From: Bacteroidota bacterium
Lineage (GTDB): Bacteria > Bacteroidota > Rhodothermia > Rhodothermales > UBA10348
DNA length: 64,000 bases
Assembly: GCA_029262835.1 (NCBI GenBank)
Contig: JAJCYQ010000012.1
Location: forward strand, 3,503 to 67,502
Reading direction: 5' to 3'
In this document: positions 39,137 through 47,532 of the stretch, piece by piece
Layout of the letters: every line of letters begins with the position of its first letter
Numbering within the stretch: position 1 is the first letter of the stretch
The notes under the pieces: generated by a model
Told to the model about the DNA's origin: nothing
What the model saw: the letters and a program-made list of their open reading frames with translations, nothing else
Databases searched by the model: none
Position numbers and translations under genes: made by a program

Positions 39137-39197
39137 GATGCAGTCTGAGATGTGGTTAACAGACTACAGTATAACAAAAGATTCCGGGCTGGTTCCG

Positions 39198-39689
39198 TTA
39201 CTGGACGTGGGCCTCGAGAAACCAGAGCGACTGGTCCAGACCGCGCGTGACCTCCGTAAACAGATCAGCTGTCACATCGTCAGATGCATCGGCCGCCTTA
39301 TCAATGGCCTCACGGCACCAGGCCGCTACATAGGAAAATCGGTCGGCCAACGCCGCAACGACTTCTTCGTCACGCACTGTTTCGAGTGGAAGATCGACGA
39401 GACGACTTTTTCCTGCGGCCATACGAATGGTCCCTTCCGCGCGGCCGCCCAGGGCGCCTATCCGCTCCGCCAAGTCATCGACGGGTGCATCCAGATCGGC
39501 GACCAGTTTGTCGAAGAGGTCGTGATAGGCAATGAAATGTGGACCGCGGACATTCCAGTGCGCCTGTTTGGTCTGGGACCGGAGGTCAGAGAGGTCGGCG
39601 AGCGCCTGATTCAGAACGGCGATCATGTCCGCGCGTGTGTCCTCATCAATGTCCATGCGGGTATTGAAGGAAGTCTGCATTGTTGCCAT
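39198..39689 (-). CDS. dps: Dps (DNA starvation/stationary-phase protection, ferritin-like)
   Basis: LNQALADLSDLRSQTKQAHWNVRGPHFIAYHDLFD... is a canonical Dps ferroxidase region. Confidence 0.9.
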   Translation of the reverse strand: MATMQTSFNTRMDIDEDTRADMIAVLNQALADLSDLRSQTKQAHWNVRGPHFIAYHDLFDKLVADLDAPVDDLAERIGALGGRAEGTIRMAAGKSRLVDLPLETVRDEEVVAALADRFSYVAAWCREAIDKAADASDDVTADLFTEVTRGLDQSLWFLEAHVQ

Positions 39690-39831
39690 GGGAGTTGTTC
39701 ATTTCGTTACTTTCTACTTGTCATTACAACGTGCCCCTCGGCCGCATTGTTCGGACTTTCTCCAATCTTCAACTCGGTTTTTAGGGGTTTGCCCTACAGC
39801 CTTTCTGCCCCTGGCCGATCTATACTGTGCC

Positions 39832-40563
39832 ATGCTCCAGAACTCTACACCGACCGCTGTTCGCACCCCACTCACTTTGCTCGCCGGGCTGTGCGTGCTG
39901 GCTGGTCTGTCGGCCTGCTCCGGAAACGAAGCTGCTGCGCCAACGGCCACAGTGCCAACCCGTATATCTGCTCCAGCCCTCGTGTATCCCGTGAATGGGG
40001 ACCAATTCGCGCCGACGACCGTCGCGCTCACCTGGAAAAAAGTGGACAATGTCCGCTCCTACGAACTGCAGTGGACAACCACGGCGCCGGACGGCGGTGT
40101 GGAAACCACGGGAAATGCGGTGACAGATGGCCTGTCTCACCTTCTGGAGGACCTGCCGCCGCGTTCCCGCGTCCAGTGGAAGGTACGCTCCGTGAATGTG
40201 AACGGAGAGAGTCCCTGGAGCCAGGAGCGCGTTTTTACGGCGCTGACGGCGCCGAAGCGCATCCCGCCACCGACGCCCCTGCTTCCAGAGAACGGCAAGA
40301 TGGGACTTGATCGTTTCGCCGAAATCAGGTGGACACCCGTTGAAAACGCCCTTTCATACGAGATCCTGGTCACTATCGATGAGGACATGCGCCTGTTCCA
40401 GGCAGACATTGAAGGCCTTCAGGAGCCGGCGCTCAACCTCACCCAGCTCATTTACACCTATCCGTATTGGTGGAAAGTCCGCGCACTGGGACCATCCGGG
40501 TACAGTGAATGGTCGCCCGTATGGATTTTCACCGTGCGCGACGGACCTGACGGGGGGGCATGA
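39832..40563 (+). CDS. Lipoprotein with two FN3-like repeats
   Basis: Start ATG 39832 gives the lipobox LLAGLCVLAGLSAC. Two repeats follow the pattern P.NG........L.W..V.N..SYE......; there is an ATGA overlap with the downstream peroxidase gene. Confidence 0.55.
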   Translation: MLQNSTPTAVRTPLTLLAGLCVLAGLSACSGNEAAAPTATVPTRISAPALVYPVNGDQFAPTTVALTWKKVDNVRSYELQWTTTAPDGGVETTGNAVTDGLSHLLEDLPPRSRVQWKVRSVNVNGESPWSQERVFTALTAPKRIPPPTPLLPENGKMGLDRFAEIRWTPVENALSYEILVTIDEDMRLFQADIEGLQEPALNLTQLIYTYPYWWKVRALGPSGYSEWSPVWIFTVRDGPDGGA

Positions 40564-41903
40564 TGAACCGAATATGCTGTCATAGGACGGTCGCAATGTC
40601 CTTTATCGCCATTATGGCGCTTCTCCTGACTGCTTGCGACTCAGGTTCATCCTCCCCGGAGGTAAATCCTGAGTTGGATGCCATCCTGGAGCGAGAAGTC
40701 ACGCTCGATGGGCTGCGTCCGCTGTCTGCCTTCACGCTACCCGATGAAACTGACCTCGCGGCGTTGCCACAGGACCCTCGAAACCCGCTCACGCCGGAGA
40801 AGGTCGCCCTTGGAAAGCTCCTCTTCCACGAGACGGGCCTCGCAACCAATCCTGTTCAACCGGCGTCGATTGGCACGTATTCATGCGCGACCTGCCACCA
40901 TGCCAGTGCCGGTTTCCAGGCCGGGCGGCAACAGGCCATCGGTGACGGCGGAACAGGCTGGGGGCAACGTGGAGAGGGTCGACGTCGATCTCCCACATAT
41001 GCCGCCTCCGAAATTGATGTACAGCCGCTTCGTTCGCCGTCCGCGCTCAACAGCGGCTTCCAACGCGTGACCATGTGGAGTGGAAACCTTGGCGCCAACG
41101 GCGTGAATGCCCAGTTTACGGGTCCCTGGCCGGACGACAGCGGCGAATCGGCCAATTACCTCGGGTACGACGGCCTGGAGTCCCAGGCCATTGCCGGGCT
41201 GCGGGCGCACCGCATGGACCGGTTTGAGGCATCTCCGCTCGCCACGCACCCGACGTACCGGGCTATGTGGCAGCAGGTCTGGCCCGGGCAGGAAATTACG
41301 CGGGAGCGCGTCGGCCTGACCATCGCGGCGTATGAACGTACGCTTGTCGCCACGCGGGCTCCCTGGCAACGCTGGCTCCGAGGCGACGTGGGCGCCATGT
41401 CAGATCCTGAAAAACGAGGAGCCATCCTGTACTTCGGCAAAGCAAACTGCTCGGACTGCCACACCGGGCCGGCCCTCAGCCAGATGGCATTCTACAGCCT
41501 CGGTATGCCCGACATGCCGGGAATCGATGCTTCCGGGGCAGGGGCACGTGGACGTGGCTCCTTCACGGGACGGGAAACTGACGATTTCACGTTCAAGGTG
41601 CCGCAGCTCTACAACCTGGCCGATTCCCCGTTCTACGGCCACGGCGGGACGTTCACTTCGCTCGAAGAGGTCGTTGACTACTACAACCAGGGTGTTCCGG
41701 CCAAAGCACTTCCGGATGGGCGCGTCACGACGCAGTTCCACCCGCTCGGGTTGACCCGGGACGAAGTAGCCGATCTTGTTGCGTTTCTGCGCGGCGCGCT
41801 TCGGGATCCGAATCTGGACCGATACGTGCCCGAAGCCCTCCCGAGCGGCAACTGCTTCCCGGCCAACGATCCCGAAGCGCGCCGCGACCTGGGGTGTGAT
41901 TGA
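40560..41903 (+). CDS. Di-haem cytochrome c peroxidase (CCP/MauG family)
   Basis: Two CxxCH motifs (CATCHH, CSDCHT). Also LG..LF.......N....C..CH, FKVP.L.N and GVF.SLEEVV.YY-like blocks. Confidence 0.9.
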   Translation: MMNRICCHRTVAMSFIAIMALLLTACDSGSSSPEVNPELDAILEREVTLDGLRPLSAFTLPDETDLAALPQDPRNPLTPEKVALGKLLFHETGLATNPVQPASIGTYSCATCHHASAGFQAGRQQAIGDGGTGWGQRGEGRRRSPTYAASEIDVQPLRSPSALNSGFQRVTMWSGNLGANGVNAQFTGPWPDDSGESANYLGYDGLESQAIAGLRAHRMDRFEASPLATHPTYRAMWQQVWPGQEITRERVGLTIAAYERTLVATRAPWQRWLRGDVGAMSDPEKRGAILYFGKANCSDCHTGPALSQMAFYSLGMPDMPGIDASGAGARGRGSFTGRETDDFTFKVPQLYNLADSPFYGHGGTFTSLEEVVDYYNQGVPAKALPDGRVTTQFHPLGLTRDEVADLVAFLRGALRDPNLDRYVPEALPSGNCFPANDPEARRDLGCD

Positions 41904-41932
41904 GGCGCGCCGCGATCTGGGGTGTGACTGAG
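41877..41932. repeat. 28-bp tandem duplication spanning the peroxidase stop codon
   Basis: gcgcgccgcgacctggggtgtgattgag / gcgcgccgcgatctggggtgtgactgag, 2 mismatches. Confidence 0.9.
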
Positions 41933-41963
41933 GCAGGTCCGGTCCGCGCGGATGGCGGCCCAA

Positions 41964-44354
41964 CTACGAATCGACCTGTTTGCGTTTCAGGAAGAAGACC
42001 CCCTCGCGGCCCGATGTGACGACGATCACACCGCTCTTGAAGTATGGGTAGTTGCTCCACGCTCCCAGAACCGGGGAATTGTCGTTCGGACCGTAGGGGA
42101 CCGTATCGAACCAGCCCACCTCGACGGGATTTTCCGGATCCGACACATCAAGCAGCCGCAGCCCCGATACGTAGTTGGTCTGATACATGATATTGTCGCG
42201 CACGTAGAGATTGTGATCTATCGCGTTGTCTGGCGCCAGGTATTCGCCGGAGACCACCGGGTCATCCAGATCGGTAAGATCAAAAATGAGCGTCCGCGTG
42301 CCTTCCACAAGATCCTGCGCCTCATCGGCCTCGTCGTTGAGATAGAAATAACGGTGATCCTCCGTGAGCCAGCCTTGATGGGCATAGGCGACCGCCGGGT
42401 AATCAGCAACCGCAATCGCGACCGGATTGTCCTTGTCAGTCACATCTGCAATGGAGAGCGCCGTGCCGTTCGAGCTGAGGCAGATTTCATGGCCCGTGTA
42501 ATCGGCATCTGGTCCGCGGTAGAGCACACACTGGGCATCGTGCGTCGCGCCAGAGCCGCCACGACCCGTACTCGGATCGTTGAAGCATCCGGCAAACACC
42601 GGATGCAGCGGGTCGCTCAGATCCATCATGTGCAAGGCGCCCCCGCAGGCCTCACCGCCTGAATCGGAACCCACGGCATAGGCGAACCCTGTCTCTTCGT
42701 TGATTACGATGTTGTGCGAGCTGTACACACCCTTGTAGATGTTGTCCTCCTTGAATGTGACCGGCATGTCCGCAGGGTCGATATCCCTGAGCCGCGTCAG
42801 ATCCAGAATCTGCACGTGGTGGGCTCCAGCGCCGTCCGCGACGACATAGGCGTAATTTCTGTATGTCTTGACATCGCGCCACAGGCTCTGGTTCGCTGTC
42901 TCCGTCTTGGGAAGATCTCCGACATATACTGGATTCTCGGCGTTCGTGAGGTCTACGATTGACAACCCGTCCGTCCGGCCAATGAGAGCATACTCGCGAT
43001 CGGTTTCCGGATCGGTCCAACCCCAGACGTCCGACATCTGGATGCCCCGCTTCGCGCCCACGTCCGACCGTGACAGAAAAGATACCATGTTGATGTCCGT
43101 ACACGGGAATCCGCCGGCACGGTCCTCATCGCACGTCACCATGCCGCCCGTGACGGATTCAAAAACGCCCGAGTCGCTGTAGAGCGCATCGCCTACCTGC
43201 CACGTGCCGTCAGCCTGGGCCGTCATCGGAAATGCCGCGCCCTCAAAGTTGTCATGCCCGGCAGCGCCTACTATGGCAACGTTTCCATGGGCGGCTATGG
43301 TGCCCCCAAACCCCGACCGGAATTGCAGAAACTCCGGCATCAGCAATGAGATGTCCGGTGCCGCCGTGTCGTCCGTCCAGACGTACCGGTAGACCGCTCC
43401 GCCCTGCGCCTCATAGCCGGGTGCGCCAACGAGCAGCGCGCTGCCCGACAGGGCGAGGCTGGCTCCAAACTGGTCGTTGCCAGTCGACAGCGCAGGCATG
43501 AGCCCGTCGCCCAGAGCCAGGCCGTCATCTGTCACCGTGGCGCGGAGAACCGCCCCTCGGCGCTCAAACCGCCCGGGTACGCCTATGTATACGTATCCGT
43601 CGTCAGCCGCCAGCGCCGAACCAAATGCATCACCATCCTGCGGTTCATCGGCAGAGAGTGTCGCGTGGTGCGTCCATCGGTTGCCGGTCCACCTGAAGTC
43701 ATACACGCGGCCGCGGCCCTGGTCGGCCCGGGGAGACCCGACGTATATATGTCGGCCGGACAGCGCAAGCGCACTTCCGAAGGCATCGTTGCCCTCCCGG
43801 TCCTCGGCGTCGAGCTCCCCGTACGGCATCCAGTCACTTCCCTCAATCCGGTACATGTGGACTTTGGCCGGCGTGTCCCCGTCGCCCGTGGATGTCACCG
43901 CCAGATGCCCCGAACGCAGGTGTACCTGGGCACCAAAACCTGCTTGGTCGTGCATTAAACGCATGCTCTCCGCCCACGAGCCGTCGGCCTGGCGCCGGTA
44001 CATGTAGACACTGCTTTCGAGTGGTGCGCCGACGGCCAGCCAGTCGCCGTCGACCGAGACCGCGCGGCCAAAGCCGTCTTTTGCACCGTCCATCTCGGAT
44101 ACCGAGAGTCGGTCGACCTCCGACCAGGCGTCACCATCCGGACCGAAGATGAAGAGCGTACCGGGTTGCATCAGGTTACGCCCCTCGCCAACGAACACAT
44201 TTTCCCCATCGGTTGCAACGACGGCGCCGAACTGGGGCCCGAGTTGCGCGGACGCGGGCGCGACGGCCAAGAGCAGGACGATCAGGATGTGCAGATTGGG
44301 CAGAATGGACAGATTGCGCAGCTGGAATTGAGCGTGCAGCGTGACGGTTTTCAT
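41964..44354 (-). CDS. FG-GAP-repeat + choice-of-anchor-B (LVIVD-type) family secreted protein, paralogue 2
   Basis: Same architecture as 36782-39136, and the C-terminal halves align closely (VWGWTDPETDRE, HNIVINEETGFAY, GGALH, WSNYPYFKSGVIVVTSGREGVFFL). Confidence 0.7.
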   Translation of the reverse strand: MKTVTLHAQFQLRNLSILPNLHILIVLLLAVAPASAQLGPQFGAVVATDGENVFVGEGRNLMQPGTLFIFGPDGDAWSEVDRLSVSEMDGAKDGFGRAVSVDGDWLAVGAPLESSVYMYRRQADGSWAESMRLMHDQAGFGAQVHLRSGHLAVTSTGDGDTPAKVHMYRIEGSDWMPYGELDAEDREGNDAFGSALALSGRHIYVGSPRADQGRGRVYDFRWTGNRWTHHATLSADEPQDGDAFGSALAADDGYVYIGVPGRFERRGAVLRATVTDDGLALGDGLMPALSTGNDQFGASLALSGSALLVGAPGYEAQGGAVYRYVWTDDTAAPDISLLMPEFLQFRSGFGGTIAAHGNVAIVGAAGHDNFEGAAFPMTAQADGTWQVGDALYSDSGVFESVTGGMVTCDEDRAGGFPCTDINMVSFLSRSDVGAKRGIQMSDVWGWTDPETDREYALIGRTDGLSIVDLTNAENPVYVGDLPKTETANQSLWRDVKTYRNYAYVVADGAGAHHVQILDLTRLRDIDPADMPVTFKEDNIYKGVYSSHNIVINEETGFAYAVGSDSGGEACGGALHMMDLSDPLHPVFAGCFNDPSTGRGGSGATHDAQCVLYRGPDADYTGHEICLSSNGTALSIADVTDKDNPVAIAVADYPAVAYAHQGWLTEDHRYFYLNDEADEAQDLVEGTRTLIFDLTDLDDPVVSGEYLAPDNAIDHNLYVRDNIMYQTNYVSGLRLLDVSDPENPVEVGWFDTVPYGPNDNSPVLGAWSNYPYFKSGVIVVTSGREGVFFLKRKQVDS

Positions 44355-44428
44355 GGCAACAGGAGATTGGTTGGGACCCCTATACTATTCCGCTCGGGGC
44401 ATATCTGCAAGCAGGGCGCCCCGACATC

Positions 44429-44476
44429 GGCGCAGCGGCACGGCGGCGCAGTAGCATGGCGGCGCAGTGGCACCCC
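44429..44476. repeat. 16-bp tandem repeat x3 (GGCGCAGYRGCAYSSC)
   Basis: ggcgcagcggcacggc ggcgcagtagcatggc ggcgcagtggcacccc, between the sdaA stop and the start of paralogue 2. Confidence 0.9.
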
Positions 44477-44483
44477 GGCCGCG

Positions 44484-45902
44484 TCAACACTCGGGCACGC
44501 GCACCGAGATGTTGACGGCCAGGCCGCCCTCGCTCGTTTCCTTGTAGCGGTCGCTCATGCCGCGGGCCGTCTCATCCATTGTCTTGATGACATCGTCCAG
44601 GCTCACGCGGGCCTCCGCCGGATTTCCCGCGAGGGCCAGTTCGGCCGCATTGATGGCCTTGAGCGCTCCCATCGAATTGCGCTCAATACAGGGGATCTGC
44701 ACGAGCCCCTGGACCGGGTCGCAGGTCAGTCCCAGATGGTGCTCCATGGCAATTTCGGCGGCCATCAGCGCCTGCTCCACTGTACCGCCCTGCGCTTCGG
44801 TAAGCGCCGCCGCGGCCATGGCCGACGAGACGCCGACCTCCGCCTGACAGCCTCCGGCCGCCGCTGAAATGGTGGCCCGCTTCTTGAAAAGCGTTCCTAT
44901 CTCGGCCGCCACGAACAGAAAGTCGGCAATGTCCTGGTCCCGCACGTCCTGCTCGACGAAGCAGACGAAGTACATGAGCACGGCAGGGATGACGCCCGAG
45001 GCGCCGTTTGTGGGAGCCGTTACGACGCGGCCGAGGGCGGCGTTCTCCTCGTTGACGGCAAGTGCAAAACAACTCACCCAGTTCATGACTTCCTTGAAGC
45101 GGATGGTGCGACGACACAACTGACTGACCCACTTTTCGGCGGTGCGTCCCGGCGTCATATCATCTGGCACGAGGCGCTCATGCAGATCGGCGGCTCGTCT
45201 TTTGACATGCAGTCCTCCGGGTAGCGTACCTCGGGTCGTGCATCCCCGGTACATACAGTCCCGCATGGTGTGCCAGATGGCCATGACGCGGTCGCGGCTT
45301 TCCTGCTGGCTGCGCCAGGCGGCCTCGTTCGCCCAGACCATGTCAGCAATCCGGAAGTCGTGCGCGCGGCAATGTGCGAGCAGCTCCTCAGCGGTCGTCG
45401 TCGGGTGCGGCAACACGACGTCCGCCACGGTATCCAGCGATTCACCTTCGCGCTGCACGAATCCGCCGCCAATTGAATACCAGTTCGATGCGTGTTCGGC
45501 GCCGTCGATGACGGCCCGGATGGTCATGCCGTTCGCATGGCCAGGAAGCCGCTCCGACATGCGGAAAATAATGTCGCGCGCGGGATCGAACGCAATACGG
45601 CGATCTGACGTGAGCGCCACCCGCTTCCCGTCACGAAGCTGCTCCATGAGGACTGTAATTTCTTCCACTGGGACGGTAGCCGGGTCGTACCCGAGCAGCG
45701 CCAGGCAGATTGCCGTATCGGTGCAGTGGCCCTTACCCGTAAGCGCAAGCGAGCCATAGAGATCGACCTGCAGCTTCTCAATCGCACCGAGCGCCCCAAA
45801 CTCTGCCTTCCAGCGCTGAATGGCACGCCATGGCCCGAGTGTATGTGAACTCGACGGGCCGATGCCAATCTTGAGCATGTCGAAAACGCTTATTGGGCCC
45901 AT
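44484..45902 (-). CDS. sdaA: L-serine ammonia-lyase (Fe-S type, single chain)
   Basis: MGPISVFDMLKIGIGPSSSHT.GP, then GGCQAEVGVSSAMAA. Start set at ATG 45902. Confidence 0.9.
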   Translation of the reverse strand: MGPISVFDMLKIGIGPSSSHTLGPWRAIQRWKAEFGALGAIEKLQVDLYGSLALTGKGHCTDTAICLALLGYDPATVPVEEITVLMEQLRDGKRVALTSDRRIAFDPARDIIFRMSERLPGHANGMTIRAVIDGAEHASNWYSIGGGFVQREGESLDTVADVVLPHPTTTAEELLAHCRAHDFRIADMVWANEAAWRSQQESRDRVMAIWHTMRDCMYRGCTTRGTLPGGLHVKRRAADLHERLVPDDMTPGRTAEKWVSQLCRRTIRFKEVMNWVSCFALAVNEENAALGRVVTAPTNGASGVIPAVLMYFVCFVEQDVRDQDIADFLFVAAEIGTLFKKRATISAAAGGCQAEVGVSSAMAAAALTEAQGGTVEQALMAAEIAMEHHLGLTCDPVQGLVQIPCIERNSMGALKAINAAELALAGNPAEARVSLDDVIKTMDETARGMSDRYKETSEGGLAVNISVRVPEC

Positions 45903-46049
45903 TTCTACAATGCGGATCTGATGAGGGTGCGGCGCATTTACACCACGAAGCCCCAGACGTTTCCCCGCCCAACCACGGCCCAACCGCTATCTACCTGCTC
46001 TCCAGGACACCAACACGCTGTGAACTCCCTTTCTCCCCTTTCGACACCC

Positions 46050-47531
46050 ATGACCCGCACGCAGGCGCGCCACCTCCTGCGGCGGGCCTGCATGTCGTCG
46101 GATCCAGAGCGCATTGACGCCATCACGGGCCGGCTGGCCGCCGATGTCGTGGCGGAATGGGTTCACGCGCCCATGGAGACAGTGTTCTTTCATGCGCCGT
46201 CCTGGATGAACACATTTTACCCACCAGTGGGCTCTGACCAGTCCGCAATTCGCGCATTCCTGCAGCAGAATGAATACTGGGTCGATGAAGTGCGCAGCGA
46301 CTGGCTCTCGGACCTCATGGCGGGTCGGCTCCGGAACCGGATGACACTGTTCTGGCACAATCATTTCGTGACCGACATCCGCAAGTACCGCTACGCTGCG
46401 CTCGCCTACCGTTACCTGTTCCTGCTGACGTCGTCATCGCTCGGCAACTTCCGGCAGCTGGTGCGCAACATCTGCACCGACGGCTCCATGCTCTACTACC
46501 TGGACGGCCGGTTCAACCGCGCCGGTGCGCCCAACGAGAATTTTGCCCGCGAGCTCATGGAGCTCTTCACGATGGGCGCAGAAAATGAGCACGGTACCCC
46601 CAACTACTCACAGCAGGATGTGGCTGAAGCAGCCCGGGCGCTCACCGGCTGGACCATGAATGTGCGGAACAGCTGGCACGCGGTCAAGGTCGCCAGTCGC
46701 TTCGACCGCGGAGAAAAAACGTTTTTGGATGCGACCGGCCCCTGGGATCACGAGGACGTTGTCAATCTGATTTTCAGGCGGCGTCAAGACCAGGTGGCCC
46801 GCTTCATGGCACGCCGGTTGCTTGAAGAGTTCCACCGGGTTGACCCAGACCCGGATGCTGTGCAGGCCGTGGCCGAACGCTGGGTGGCCCACGACTTCGA
46901 AACAGGACCGGTGATCGAGGCGCTCCTTTCCTCGGAGCTGTTCTTTGCCGAGGATACCATCGGGGCACGTATCAAAAGTCCCATCGAATACATTGCGCTC
47001 GATATCACATTGCGGGCTGGCCAGGTGGAATCGAGCAAACGACCGCTTGTACTTTCTGGTGTGGATACGCTCGGGCAGCGACTGCTCTCTCCACCCAGTG
47101 TGGCGGGTTGGCCGGGCCACCATGCTTGGATTTCGACCGAAACCCTGCCTGCCCGCTGGCACGCCACGGGGACGACGACCGAATTTGCAGGCAGCGTGGA
47201 AGGCTGGAATCATATCATGCAGACGTACACCGAGCCCGGCTACCCGTGGCCCGCGGTGTCGTTTGCCCTGAATGTGGCTGAAGCCGCGTTTTCCGTGCCC
47301 CTGGAGCATGTGGCTGTGCCCGATTCCGGCATTCCCTTTGCCGGAAACCTCGATACGTCGCCTCTTCCGGACGACCTCATGCAGGGCCCGGCCTACCGGC
47401 GAAACCTTGTCAAACTCTTCCTGGGATCGAATCCATGGTATGAATGGTCGCCGCTCGCGCCACAGGCCTGGCTTCTGGCCCGCAACTACTTCGTTGCTCT
47501 CGCCCAATTCCCTGAATACCAGTTGAGCTGA
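46050..47531 (+). CDS. DUF1800 domain protein
   Basis: LFWHNHF, MLYYLD, and PNENFARELMELFTMG are characteristic DUF1800 blocks. Start estimated at ATG 46050. Confidence 0.8.
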   Translation: MTRTQARHLLRRACMSSDPERIDAITGRLAADVVAEWVHAPMETVFFHAPSWMNTFYPPVGSDQSAIRAFLQQNEYWVDEVRSDWLSDLMAGRLRNRMTLFWHNHFVTDIRKYRYAALAYRYLFLLTSSSLGNFRQLVRNICTDGSMLYYLDGRFNRAGAPNENFARELMELFTMGAENEHGTPNYSQQDVAEAARALTGWTMNVRNSWHAVKVASRFDRGEKTFLDATGPWDHEDVVNLIFRRRQDQVARFMARRLLEEFHRVDPDPDAVQAVAERWVAHDFETGPVIEALLSSELFFAEDTIGARIKSPIEYIALDITLRAGQVESSKRPLVLSGVDTLGQRLLSPPSVAGWPGHHAWISTETLPARWHATGTTTEFAGSVEGWNHIMQTYTEPGYPWPAVSFALNVAEAAFSVPLEHVAVPDSGIPFAGNLDTSPLPDDLMQGPAYRRNLVKLFLGSNPWYEWSPLAPQAWLLARNYFVALAQFPEYQLS

Positions 47532-47532
47532 T

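Noticed and set aside
39625-39831. Upstream extension of the FN3 lipoprotein ORF overlapping the dps start.
   Set aside because: The extension has no signal or coding character. ATG 39832 yields a canonical lipoprotein signal peptide and leaves a normal divergent promoter region with dps.
40871-40886. TGGCAC-N-..GC sigma-54-like sequence. Other TGGCAC occurrences are at 8161 and 44469.
   Set aside because: The GG-to-GC spacing is wrong or the TTGC element is missing, and the sites lie inside coding sequence or the tRNA-like 3' end.
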